A DNA stretch of 64,000 nt from Candidatus Peribacteraceae bacterium (GTDB lineage: Bacteria > Patescibacteriota > Gracilibacteria > Peribacterales > Peribacteraceae), in assembly GCA_028707875.1 (NCBI GenBank), contig JAQWAC010000001.1, positions 13,829 to 77,828 of the forward strand. Direction: 5' to 3'. A program made the position numbers and the translations under genes. Under the pieces are notes generated by a model. That model was not told where the DNA came from. It ran no database searches and saw only the letters and a list, made by a program, of their open reading frames with translations. The stretch's first letter is position 1. Every line of letters begins with the position of its first letter. Positions 38,661 through 46,887 of the stretch are shown piece after piece.

Positions 38661-41330
38661 ATGCCCAAATCTGCTATAATTATTCGAATTCTTCTCTATC
38701 CTTTTGATCGAACCCATTTGATTCCATTCCTCGACATCGCATTCTGGCCTCTCCTCTGGATCGCTGCCGCAGCGATCGGCACTGCGACAGTGCCGGATTT
38801 CTGGGGATCCGTCGGGGGATGGTATATGTCCGCGCCACTGCGGAACACCGGCATCATTATTCTTACGTATCTCGTGTGGAAGTGGTGTAAGTGGAACTTT
38901 CGCTATGTCTACGCTGTCTACCGGTCGCGAACACTCGTGACGATGAAGATTCTTCTTCCGCGTTCGGATTCCAAGATTGATCAGGAAAAAAGGACGGAGA
39001 AGGACTTCAAGGAGAAAGTGGCCGCCATGGAGCAGTTATACCGTGCACTCTGGGAAGTACAGAGCCTCACCTTCTGGCAGGAACTGCATTACTGGTTCTT
39101 TCAGTACCTCACGATCAGTCTGGAGCTCTATGTGGAGAAGAACCAGCTCATGCTCTACGTCGTCACACAACCGAGTCTCGTCTCCGTCGTGGAGAAGCAG
39201 ATTACCGCCTTCTATCCTGCGGCGGAGGTGACCAATCATCCGACGCCCAATCTCTGGCCGAAGGGACTCAAGTTCATCGGATACAACATGATTCCCGGAA
39301 AATCCTTCATGTACCCGATCCGGAGTTATGAGCACATGCAGGACGATCCGCTGAACGGCATTGCAAACGTTCTCAGTAAAATGGAGGAGGGGGAGACGGC
39401 GGGGGTCCAGATTGTGCTTTCGCCGTCTTCTGAAAAAAAGTGGGGCAGGCGCACGAAGCACTTCGCATCCGAAAAATTCAAGGGGAAGAGCGAGAATATG
39501 TTCAGTCATATTCCGATTCTCGGATCGCTTCTGACAGTGCTCGGAGGGGTGGCGACGGGGACCGAAGGCTCATCGTTCGCTCCCGGCGCGACCAAAGGCG
39601 ATTCATTTGTCCGCATGATTCAGCCTGAGGAGGAGCTCTACAAGCGCATGGGCGAGAAGGCCGGCATGAGTTACTTCTTCGCTTCCGTGCGCATCGCCGC
39701 CGCCGCCAAGACGTGGAAGCGCACGTTTGAGATCACGAACAACCTTCAGGTCGCATTCAACGCCTTCAAAGATGTCTACGGCAACTACTTCCAGAATCGA
39801 CGCATGTTCGTGGATTTCTTCCCGCTCTCACTCAATGCGCCGATCATTTACTCGCTCTGGAAGCAGCGCATCAATGGATTCTGGCATCGGCGTTCTCTTC
39901 TGGTTGAGAAGGAACTGGCGGCCCTCTACCACTTCCCGGACAGCCGCTACAACAAGATGCCGATCATCGAGTGGATCACCTATCGCGTCCTTCCGCCGCC
40001 GCCCAATGTGCCCGCCGAAGGCATTGTCATCGGTGTCAGCAAATTCCGCGCGCAGGAAACGAAGATCCGTTTCATGGATACGGATCGCACGCGTCACCAT
40101 TACATCATCGGAAAATCCGGAACGGGAAAATCCGCGCTGCTCTCATGGATGAGCCGTCAGGACATCGCCCACGGCGACGGCGTGTGCATGGTCGATCCGC
40201 ACGGAGACCTCATCGAGGATGCGCTCGCCCATACGCCCAAAGAGCGTGCGAAGGAGATCGTGCTCTTCGATCCGGCGGACGGCGAGCGGCCGATGGGTCT
40301 GAATCTTCTGGAGGCCAAGACGCCCGAGGAGAAGGATCGCGCCGCCATCGATGCGATGGAAATCTTCATCAAGCTCTTCGGAAACGAAATCTTCGGTCCG
40401 CGCATTCAGCACTACTTCCGCAACGGTTGTCTGACGCTCATGGACGACGAGGAGGAAGGTGCGACGCTTATCGATGTGCCGAGGCTGTTCGTGGACGACG
40501 AGTTCCAGCACTTCAAGGTCGCCAAGTGCAAGAATCCCGTGGTGCGGAGCTTCTGGGAGCACGAGATCGCCAAGACCGGTGCACGCGAAAAAGAGGAGAT
40601 GATCCCGTACTTCTCCGCGAAGTTCGGGCCCTTCATCACGAATACGACGATGCGCAACATCATCGGACAGCCGAAGAGCGCCTTCAACATCCGCGAGATT
40701 ATGGACACGGGCAAGGTGCTCCTCGTGAACCTCTCCAAGGGGAAGATCGGCGATGTCAACGCGCAGCTTCTCGGCCTCATCTTCGTGAACAAGGTGAACA
40801 TGGCCGCGCTCTCCCGCGCCGATGTCCCGCGCGAGAAGCGTCGCCGCTTCTACCTGTATGTCGACGAATTCCAGAACTTCGTGACGGATGCCTTCGCCAC
40901 GATCCTGTCGGAGGCACGCAAGTACGAACTCGGTCTGATCATGGCGCACCAGTACATCGGGCAGCTCGTGGGGAAAACGGAGTCGTACGGTCAGGCGAGT
41001 ACCAAAATGCGCGATGCGGTCTTCGGTAACGTCGGCACGATCTCCAGCTTCAAGATCGGCGCGGAGGACGCCGAGTACATGGCCAAGGAATACGCGCCGG
41101 ATCTCTCCGAACAGGACGTCATCGGCATCCCGAACTTCAATTGCTACGTGAAGCTTTCCATCAACAACGTCCCCTCGCGTCCCTTCAGTATGGCGACGAT
41201 CTGGGACGAGTCGGACCGCAACGAGGAGCTCGGGGCACTGATCAAGGAATACAGCCGCATGAAGTACGGCAGGAAGAAGGTCTTCGTCGATCAGGAAATT
41301 GAGGATCGCATCGGGATCGTGAGAGGTTGA
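38661..41330 (+). CDS. membrane-anchored VirD4/TraD/TrwB-like P-loop ATPase (T4SS coupling-protein-like), paralog 2
   Basis: Several N-terminal TM segments, Walker A (HHYIIGKSGTGKSA), MVDPHGDLIEDAL, Walker B (FYLYVDEFQNF), AHQYIGQL. In the 81-aa Walker-A stretch I aligned by hand, 53 positions are identical to paralog 1. Confidence 0.8.
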   Translation: MPKSAIIIRILLYPFDRTHLIPFLDIAFWPLLWIAAAAIGTATVPDFWGSVGGWYMSAPLRNTGIIILTYLVWKWCKWNFRYVYAVYRSRTLVTMKILLPRSDSKIDQEKRTEKDFKEKVAAMEQLYRALWEVQSLTFWQELHYWFFQYLTISLELYVEKNQLMLYVVTQPSLVSVVEKQITAFYPAAEVTNHPTPNLWPKGLKFIGYNMIPGKSFMYPIRSYEHMQDDPLNGIANVLSKMEEGETAGVQIVLSPSSEKKWGRRTKHFASEKFKGKSENMFSHIPILGSLLTVLGGVATGTEGSSFAPGATKGDSFVRMIQPEEELYKRMGEKAGMSYFFASVRIAAAAKTWKRTFEITNNLQVAFNAFKDVYGNYFQNRRMFVDFFPLSLNAPIIYSLWKQRINGFWHRRSLLVEKELAALYHFPDSRYNKMPIIEWITYRVLPPPPNVPAEGIVIGVSKFRAQETKIRFMDTDRTRHHYIIGKSGTGKSALLSWMSRQDIAHGDGVCMVDPHGDLIEDALAHTPKERAKEIVLFDPADGERPMGLNLLEAKTPEEKDRAAIDAMEIFIKLFGNEIFGPRIQHYFRNGCLTLMDDEEEGATLIDVPRLFVDDEFQHFKVAKCKNPVVRSFWEHEIAKTGAREKEEMIPYFSAKFGPFITNTTMRNIIGQPKSAFNIREIMDTGKVLLVNLSKGKIGDVNAQLLGLIFVNKVNMAALSRADVPREKRRRFYLYVDEFQNFVTDAFATILSEARKYELGLIMAHQYIGQLVGKTESYGQASTKMRDAVFGNVGTISSFKIGAEDAEYMAKEYAPDLSEQDVIGIPNFNCYVKLSINNVPSRPFSMATIWDESDRNEELGALIKEYSRMKYGRKKVFVDQEIEDRIGIVRG

Positions 41331-41373
41331 TACTCCTGTTGCGTCCATTCTCTTCTGCAGGGACAATTTCCCC

Positions 41374-42207
41374 ATGTCATGGGGTCTCGTCCTCTCCGGC
41401 GGAGCCGCGTTCGGGATTGCGAACGGAGGAGTGATCGAAGTGCTGGAGCGCGAGAAGCTCAAGCCGGATTGCGTTGCAGGCAGCAGCATGGGGGCGATCA
41501 TCGCGGCGACGTATGCGATGGGGATTCCGGTTTCGGAACTTCATGCATGTGTACGCAAGCTGACGTTGGGCAATGTTGCGTGCTTGAGCAAACATCCGCT
41601 GAAAGGAGGCTTATGTGGCGGGATTCTCCGTCAAAATCTGGAGCATCACCTCGAACCGCTCCTCGGAGATGCACGAATTGCGGATTGCAAAATTCCGTTT
41701 GTCTGCACGGCCGGTCGGGTCAAAAAACCCATTCAATGGCTTCATATCCTGAAGAAAGGATTTACGGAGGAGATCCTTTCCGGAGTGGAGTTCCACGTGT
41801 TCTCTCCGGAAACACGCCTCCTCGATGCGGTGATGGCATCGAGTGCCATTCCGGTGGTGTTTTCGCCCGTGGAGATCGACGGAAAACAGTATGTGGATCT
41901 CTGCCACTTCGGCCCCATTCCCGCGAGAGCGCTTCAGTCGAAGTGCCATCCTGAGAAAATTATTGCGACGGACACCTATCCCACATACGAGGCTTTGCGG
42001 AATTTCCTGCCCGGAGGCTGGAATGAATTTCTGGAGGCGGGTTATGCGGAGATCAGGAAGAGCAAAGCGGTGTGTGATCTCCTCATCAAACCTGTCATGC
42101 CTTTCGCCCTGTTCCGTTTCGACAAAGGCGAGGAATTCTGGCAGGCGGGCAAAAAAGCGGCCGCAAAATGCATTGCGGATGTGCGTGCGATCATTCAAAG
42201 ACAGTGA
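41374..42207 (+). CDS. patatin-like phospholipase
   Basis: LSGGAAFGIANGGV glycine-rich loop and the GSSMG (GxSxG) nucleophile motif. Confidence 0.8.
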   Translation: MSWGLVLSGGAAFGIANGGVIEVLEREKLKPDCVAGSSMGAIIAATYAMGIPVSELHACVRKLTLGNVACLSKHPLKGGLCGGILRQNLEHHLEPLLGDARIADCKIPFVCTAGRVKKPIQWLHILKKGFTEEILSGVEFHVFSPETRLLDAVMASSAIPVVFSPVEIDGKQYVDLCHFGPIPARALQSKCHPEKIIATDTYPTYEALRNFLPGGWNEFLEAGYAEIRKSKAVCDLLIKPVMPFALFRFDKGEEFWQAGKKAAAKCIADVRAIIQRQ

Positions 42208-42275
42208 AAATGATCGGGAAGCAGGTTCGTTCATTGTCAATCGAAGAGCGGACATGCCCGCGCTAGAGTGAGAGC

Positions 42276-42680
42276 ATGAGTATCCTCCAGGATTTCAAGC
42301 AGTTTGCTTCCCGCGGCAACGTCGTCGACCTTGCCGTCGGAGTCATCATCGGCGCCGCATTCGGCAAAATCATCTCGTCGCTGGTCAACGACATGCTCAT
42401 GCCGCTCATCGGCATCCTCCTCAGAGGGGTCGACTTCTCCACGCTTGTCCTCTCGGTCGGCGGGGCGCAGGTGAAGTATGGCATGTTCATCCAGTCCGTC
42501 GTGGACTTTCTCATCGTCGCCTTTTCGGTCTTTTTGCTCGTGAAATACCTGAATAAGTTGCAGAACTTTGGTAAGAAACCGTCAGTCCCCGTCGAGCCGA
42601 CGACCAAGGAGTGTCCTCACTGCTGCTCCGTCATCCCGCTCAGGGCGACGCGGTGCTCGGGCTGCACGGCACAGTTATAG
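42276..42680 (+). CDS. mscL: large-conductance mechanosensitive channel MscL with C-terminal Cys4 tail
   Basis: FKQFASRGNVVDLAVGVIIGAAFGKI signature. Tail is ECPHCCSVIPLRATRCSGC. Confidence 0.9.
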   Translation: MSILQDFKQFASRGNVVDLAVGVIIGAAFGKIISSLVNDMLMPLIGILLRGVDFSTLVLSVGGAQVKYGMFIQSVVDFLIVAFSVFLLVKYLNKLQNFGKKPSVPVEPTTKECPHCCSVIPLRATRCSGCTAQL

Positions 42681-42752
42681 CTTTCCGCCGCACCTGTTAA
42701 ACTCCGGTGAAATTGTTCGCCGGAGATCACTCTTCCTGTACCATGGATCCAT

Positions 42753-43064
42753 ATGGTTTCCTTCTCACAACTCAAAGACATGTTCCGCCTTCAGCGTGAG
42801 GCGAAAAAAGTGAAGAAAGAACTTCGCAAGATTCAGGTCGAGGCGGAGGCACAGGGCGTCAAAGTGGTTGTCTCTGCCGAGATGGAAGTGGTGAGTATCG
42901 AGATTGCGCCGGATGTTCCGCACGAAAAGATCGCATCGCTCCTCACGGATGCCCTGAACCGCGCACTGAAGAAGGCGCAGATCGTCTCTTCGGAGAAGAT
43001 GCAGGGCGTGATGGGCGAGATGGGATTCCCGACGGACAAGGGAATGAGGGGGATGGCGCAATAA
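42753..43064 (+). CDS. YbaB/EbfC-family nucleoid-associated protein
   Basis: ~100 aa with a KKELRKIQVEAEAQGVKVVVSAEMEVVSIEI pattern. Confidence 0.8.
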   Translation: MVSFSQLKDMFRLQREAKKVKKELRKIQVEAEAQGVKVVVSAEMEVVSIEIAPDVPHEKIASLLTDALNRALKKAQIVSSEKMQGVMGEMGFPTDKGMRGMAQ

Positions 43065-43288
43065 GGATGAATTGCGTCATAGTTCGAAGATACAAAACAT
43101 CAAACAACCCATGGGAGGACCGCCGCTTTGTGGAATGAAAACACAAACAACCAACAAAATCTCCGTGCTTGGCCGTCAGGAGGGTGAGGGGGTGTCGGGG
43201 GCCAGAGGGAACCGGACAAGGTGCCCTAGGCCCCCGACCAAAGAAAGAGGTGACGAATACGTTGGGGAAATCAACGGACAAATGATCT

Positions 43289-43470
43289 CCTCTTTCTTTG
43301 TCAGGGCGACAAAGAAAGAGGGAAAGAAAGCGCTCCGCCGCCAACTCACCTCCACCCGGCCCTGTGCCTCCTCATCGATGCCTACAGGGATTCGGCATCG
43401 ATTCGTCGGCTCGATCCCGCTGCGGCGGGACAGGGCCTTCCCCTCGCACCCCCCGTGGCGGCGGACCACC
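43289..43470 (+). repeat. GC-rich multi-hairpin element, copy 1 (candidate structured RNA or MITE-like repeat)
   Basis: Hairpin CCTCTTTCTTTGTC-AGGGC-GACAAAGAAAGAGG. Closing stem CCGCCGCC (43335-42) / GGCGGCGG (43457-64). Stem GGCCCTG/CAGGGCC. Hairpin ATCGATGCC-TACAGGGATTC-GGCATCGAT. Hairpin CCCGC-TGCG-GCGGG. Strand inferred only from context. Confidence 0.6.
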
Positions 43471-43581
43471 CGGATGATATTCATTCGTATTAACAAATCT
43501 TTCCTTTCTGGTTCTACCTGAATCATTTTGTCTAAAACTCTCACTGTATCCAATCGGATCCTTCAGCTAGAGTGGCTCGGC

Positions 43582-44586
43582 ATGAAGAAAATTCTGCTCG
43601 TCATTGTCGTGCTCGTGTTCGGAACTTTCCTCTGGTACAAATTCGAGCTGCGTCCGCTCGAGAGAGGAAGCGAGAAGCGTCAGAAAGTGGAGATCACGGC
43701 GGGCTCATCGGTTTCGGACATTGCGGATGAGTTGTCGGAGAAGGAGATCATCCGTTCTCCTCTCGCCTTCAAAGTCTTCGTGCGGATGAACGGAAGGGAG
43801 AAGGGACTGCAGGCCGGAACATTCCTTCTCCGTCCTTCCATGTCCGTCGCAGAGATCGTGGAGGTGCTGCGGGCGGGGAAGTCCGAGGAGGTGAGCATCA
43901 CGATCCCCGAGGGGTGGACGCTCAAAGACATCGACACGCTCTTTGCGCGCAAGGGAATCACCGAATCCGGGAGTCTGATCATCTGTGCCAATTCGTGCGA
44001 TTTCTCCTCGTTTGAATTCCTGACGAACGTCACGGGTCTCGCTCCCCGCGGCGGGAAGGTGGAGGGTTATCTCTTCCCCGACACGTACTTCGTTTCCACG
44101 CAGGACTTCGTTCCCAAGTTCTTCCTCGAGCGCATGCTTACGACGTTCCGGAAGAGCGTTCTTTCCAAGTACGGCGAGGAGATGGCGAAGTCCGGTCACT
44201 CACTTCAGGAAATCATGACCATGGCGTCTCTCATCGAGGCGGAGACGCGCACGGATACCGAGCGGCCGATCGTTGCGGGGATCCTGTGGAAGCGCTACAA
44301 GGAGGGCATGGGACTCGGAGTGGATGCGACAGTTCGTTACATTCTGGATAAGCCGTCGGATACGATCACCGTGGAGGATCTGGAAGTGCAGAGTCCGTAT
44401 AACACGCGGAAATTCAAGGGGCTTCCGCCCGGGCCCATCGCAAGTCCGGGCCTTTCCAGCGTTCTTGCCGCCCTGCGTCCCGAGGAGAGTCCCTACTGGT
44501 TTTACCTCCATGATACGAAGGGGCTCATTCATTACGCCGTGACGAACGAGGAGCATAATACGAACAGGGCGCGGTATTTGAAATAG
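43582..44586 (+). CDS. mltG: endolytic murein transglycosylase MltG (YceG-like)
   Basis: N-terminal TM, PEGWTLKDI, ASLIEAE, YNTRKFKGLPPGPIASPG. Start at MKKILLV (43582). Confidence 0.88.
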   Translation: MKKILLVIVVLVFGTFLWYKFELRPLERGSEKRQKVEITAGSSVSDIADELSEKEIIRSPLAFKVFVRMNGREKGLQAGTFLLRPSMSVAEIVEVLRAGKSEEVSITIPEGWTLKDIDTLFARKGITESGSLIICANSCDFSSFEFLTNVTGLAPRGGKVEGYLFPDTYFVSTQDFVPKFFLERMLTTFRKSVLSKYGEEMAKSGHSLQEIMTMASLIEAETRTDTERPIVAGILWKRYKEGMGLGVDATVRYILDKPSDTITVEDLEVQSPYNTRKFKGLPPGPIASPGLSSVLAALRPEESPYWFYLHDTKGLIHYAVTNEEHNTNRARYLK

Positions 44587-44606
44587 TGCATGAAATGTTG
44601 TATAAT
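44578..44606 (+). promoter_or_regulatory. candidate promoter TTGAAA-N17-TATAAT
   Basis: TTGAAA at 44578-44583 (overlaps the mltG stop), TATAAT at 44601-44606. Confidence 0.5.
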
Positions 44607-44688
44607 ATGAATAACATTCAATCCCCATCCCTGTTTCTCCACAAGTGACTCTTCCGTGGAGAATCCCATACACTTCCCTCATATATCT

Positions 44689-45327
44689 ATGTCTGCCCAT
44701 CACAAACTGAAGATCGGCGTCATGGGATCCGCAAGCGGTCCGCAGATCGTGGATCCGCATGCGAGGGCCATGGCGAAACTTTTGGGGCAGGAGATCGGGA
44801 AGCGCGGACACATTTTCATCAACGGCGCCTGTCCGGGGCTTCCGCATGACGCGCTTCTCGGTGCCAAAGAAAACGGGGCGCTCACCATCGGAATCTCTCC
44901 GGCGTTCTCCGAATATGAGCATGCGAACGAATATAATTCACCGCTCGATAATGACATGATGATCTATACGGGGCAGGGGTTCATGGAGCGGGACATCATC
45001 AACATCCGTTCTTCCGACGGCGTGGTTTTCATCGCGGGGGGCATCGGCACCCTGAATGAGCTCACTATCGCGTACGATGAAGGCAGACCGATGGCGGTGC
45101 TCACGGGAACGGGCGGCATCAGCAATGTCATCCCCGACATCATCACCAAGTATTGTCTGCGCACCATTCCGCCCAATATGGTCTTTGATGATGATCCGGC
45201 GAAGCTGCTCGAGAAGCTCGAAGTCGCCATCCGCGCATTTCCGCTCCCGATTCATGAGGACGGGCGCGTGATTGACAGGCCGGAGGGCAACCGCGAGGAC
45301 CTGATGAACGAGAAACACCCGGGATAA
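44689..45327 (+). CDS. TIGR00725/LOG-like (SLOG superfamily) Rossmann-fold protein
   Basis: KIGVMGSASG...INGACPGLPHDALLGAKENGALTIGISP...VVFIAGGIGTLNELTIAY. Confidence 0.7.
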   Translation: MSAHHKLKIGVMGSASGPQIVDPHARAMAKLLGQEIGKRGHIFINGACPGLPHDALLGAKENGALTIGISPAFSEYEHANEYNSPLDNDMMIYTGQGFMERDIINIRSSDGVVFIAGGIGTLNELTIAYDEGRPMAVLTGTGGISNVIPDIITKYCLRTIPPNMVFDDDPAKLLEKLEVAIRAFPLPIHEDGRVIDRPEGNREDLMNEKHPG

Positions 45328-45421
45328 GTAAGGACGTAAGTGAATAGGAACGAAGGGGAAAGCAACTTCGAGATTTCGAAGTGCTTATAGCACTTTCCAC
45401 TTTCCACTTATTCACTTCTCA
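45328..45421. repeat. word-periodic imperfect hairpin (GTGGAAAG/GTGAATA words), element F
   Basis: Left arm GTAAGTGAATAGGAACGAAGGGGAAAGC. The right-arm reverse complement reads GTGAGAAGTGAATAAGTGGAAAGTGGAAAGTGC. Central CTTCGAGATTTCGAAG. Lies between convergent genes and overlaps the last der codons. Confidence 0.6.
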
Positions 45422-46764
45422 CGGTTTGAGTCCTTCGCAATCCACTTGATCGGCGTTCCCGTAAAGTCGAAGGTGCTCCGCATCCGGTTTTCCAGATAAC
45501 GCAGGTGGCTGGCCGCCACGTTCCGCGGATTCTTCACGAAGACGACGAAGGTGGGGGGAATGGCATCCGCCTGCGTGATATGTTTGCTCTTGCCGAGCTC
45601 TCCGAGCGGAGGACCGACCAGTGCATCGCGGTACCACTGATTCAAATCATGGGCCCCGATGCGTCGCGTGCGGTTCAATTGCACTTTCTCGATCAGGGGG
45701 AAGATCTTCAGGAGTCCCTCGCGCGTCACGGTGGAGCAGGGGAGCAGCGGAGCGAAGCGGGCGAAGTCGAGTGTGCGCTCAATTTCCCCGATGCGATTCT
45801 TCTTCTCCTCGCCCTTCAGGAGGTCGATCTTGTTGAGGAGGATGATGAGTCCTTTTCCTTCCTCCATCGCCATGCCCGCAATCCGCTGGTCCTGATGGCT
45901 GATCGGTTCCGTGGCGTCCAGAAGCAGGACGGCAACATCGCACTCCTGCAAAGCCTGGATGCTGCGGAAGTAGGCGAACGTTTCGATGCCTTCGTCCATT
46001 TTGGTGCGGCGACGGATGCCCGCCGTATCGATGAACAGGTAGTCGCGATCGTTGAAGCGGATCGTGCGGTCGGAGGCGTCGCGCGTCGTTCCGGCGATTT
46101 CGGAGACGAGGAGAGGGGAGTGAGCGCGGTCCGGCTCGGCCATGAGCGTGTTGATGAGCGAGCTCTTGCCCACGTTCGGCTTGCCGATCACGGCGATCTT
46201 CGGGAGATCGGTCTCCGTTGAGCGCGGCACCTTCCCGAAGTGCAGTTTCTTCAGTTCCTGTTCGATGTGTTCCATGAGTTCCCCTATTCCGGTGTTCTGC
46301 GGAGCACTCACGGGAATAATGACATCCGCGATGCCGAGCGCGAGGTACTGCGGCAACGTCGGCTCGACTTTCTTGGGATTGTCGCACTTGGTTACGACGA
46401 GCAGCACGGGGACGTGTCTGCGCCGCTTCCTGCGGAGGAGGTTCACCACTTCATGATCGCTCGCGGTGAGTTCCTCTTTGCCGTTGATCGTGAAGAGGAT
46501 CAGATCGGCCTGCTCCAGTGCGAGGAGCGATTGCCTGTGCACATCCCCCTCGAAGTCCTTGTCCTTCGTTCCGCCGCCCATGCCGCCGGTATCGACGAGC
46601 AGAAAATCCGCGGAATCCGTCTCGATCCGTTCGGCGATATGATCGCGCGTCGTGCCGGCCACCTCGCTCTCGATGGCCTTCCTCTTCCCGATGAGGCGGT
46701 TGAAGAGAGTGGATTTTCCCGTATTCGGCCTGCCGATGATTGCGACTGTGGGGAGTTGTGACAT
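45412..46764 (-). CDS. der: ribosome-associated GTPase Der (EngA)
   Basis: Two tandem G domains (GRPNTGKST and GKPNVGKSS) plus a KH-like C-terminus. Confidence 0.95.
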   Translation of the reverse strand: MSQLPTVAIIGRPNTGKSTLFNRLIGKRKAIESEVAGTTRDHIAERIETDSADFLLVDTGGMGGGTKDKDFEGDVHRQSLLALEQADLILFTINGKEELTASDHEVVNLLRRKRRRHVPVLLVVTKCDNPKKVEPTLPQYLALGIADVIIPVSAPQNTGIGELMEHIEQELKKLHFGKVPRSTETDLPKIAVIGKPNVGKSSLINTLMAEPDRAHSPLLVSEIAGTTRDASDRTIRFNDRDYLFIDTAGIRRRTKMDEGIETFAYFRSIQALQECDVAVLLLDATEPISHQDQRIAGMAMEEGKGLIILLNKIDLLKGEEKKNRIGEIERTLDFARFAPLLPCSTVTREGLLKIFPLIEKVQLNRTRRIGAHDLNQWYRDALVGPPLGELGKSKHITQADAIPPTFVVFVKNPRNVAASHLRYLENRMRSTFDFTGTPIKWIAKDSNREK

Positions 46765-46770
46765 TGGTTT

Positions 46771-46886
46771 GTGCGGTACGCAGAACCAAGTATGCAGTAC
46801 GCAGGGGCTTTGGAGAAACGGTTGTTAGGGAAAACAGAGGTTTCCGCTCTGTATACTGAATACCGTATACCGTATACTTTCCGTGC
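46771..46886. repeat. word-periodic imperfect hairpin (GTACGCAG / CGTATAC words), element G
   Basis: Left arm GTGCGGTACGCAGAACCAAGTATGCAGTACGCAG. Right arm TGTATACTGAATACCGTATACCGTATACTTTCCGTGC. The arms place CATACT (minus strand) and TATACT (plus strand, 46873-46878) upstream of der and leuS. Confidence 0.5.
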
Positions 46887-46887
46887 A

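Noticed and set aside
42609-42680. C-terminal Cys4 tail on MscL as a novel fusion.
   Set aside because: I recall similar KxCPxC...RCxxC tails on MscL proteins of other bacteria, so it is probably a known variant. I note it only as a parallel to the RpoD zinc ribbon.
43374-43402. Assigning the multi-hairpin element to the ydaO/c-di-AMP riboswitch or a tmRNA 5' end, based on GGATTCG / CCGAATCC strings.
   Set aside because: The similarity is limited to about 8 nt. The overall helix layout, the two-copy occurrence and the orientation do not fit either family. This needs a covariance-model test.
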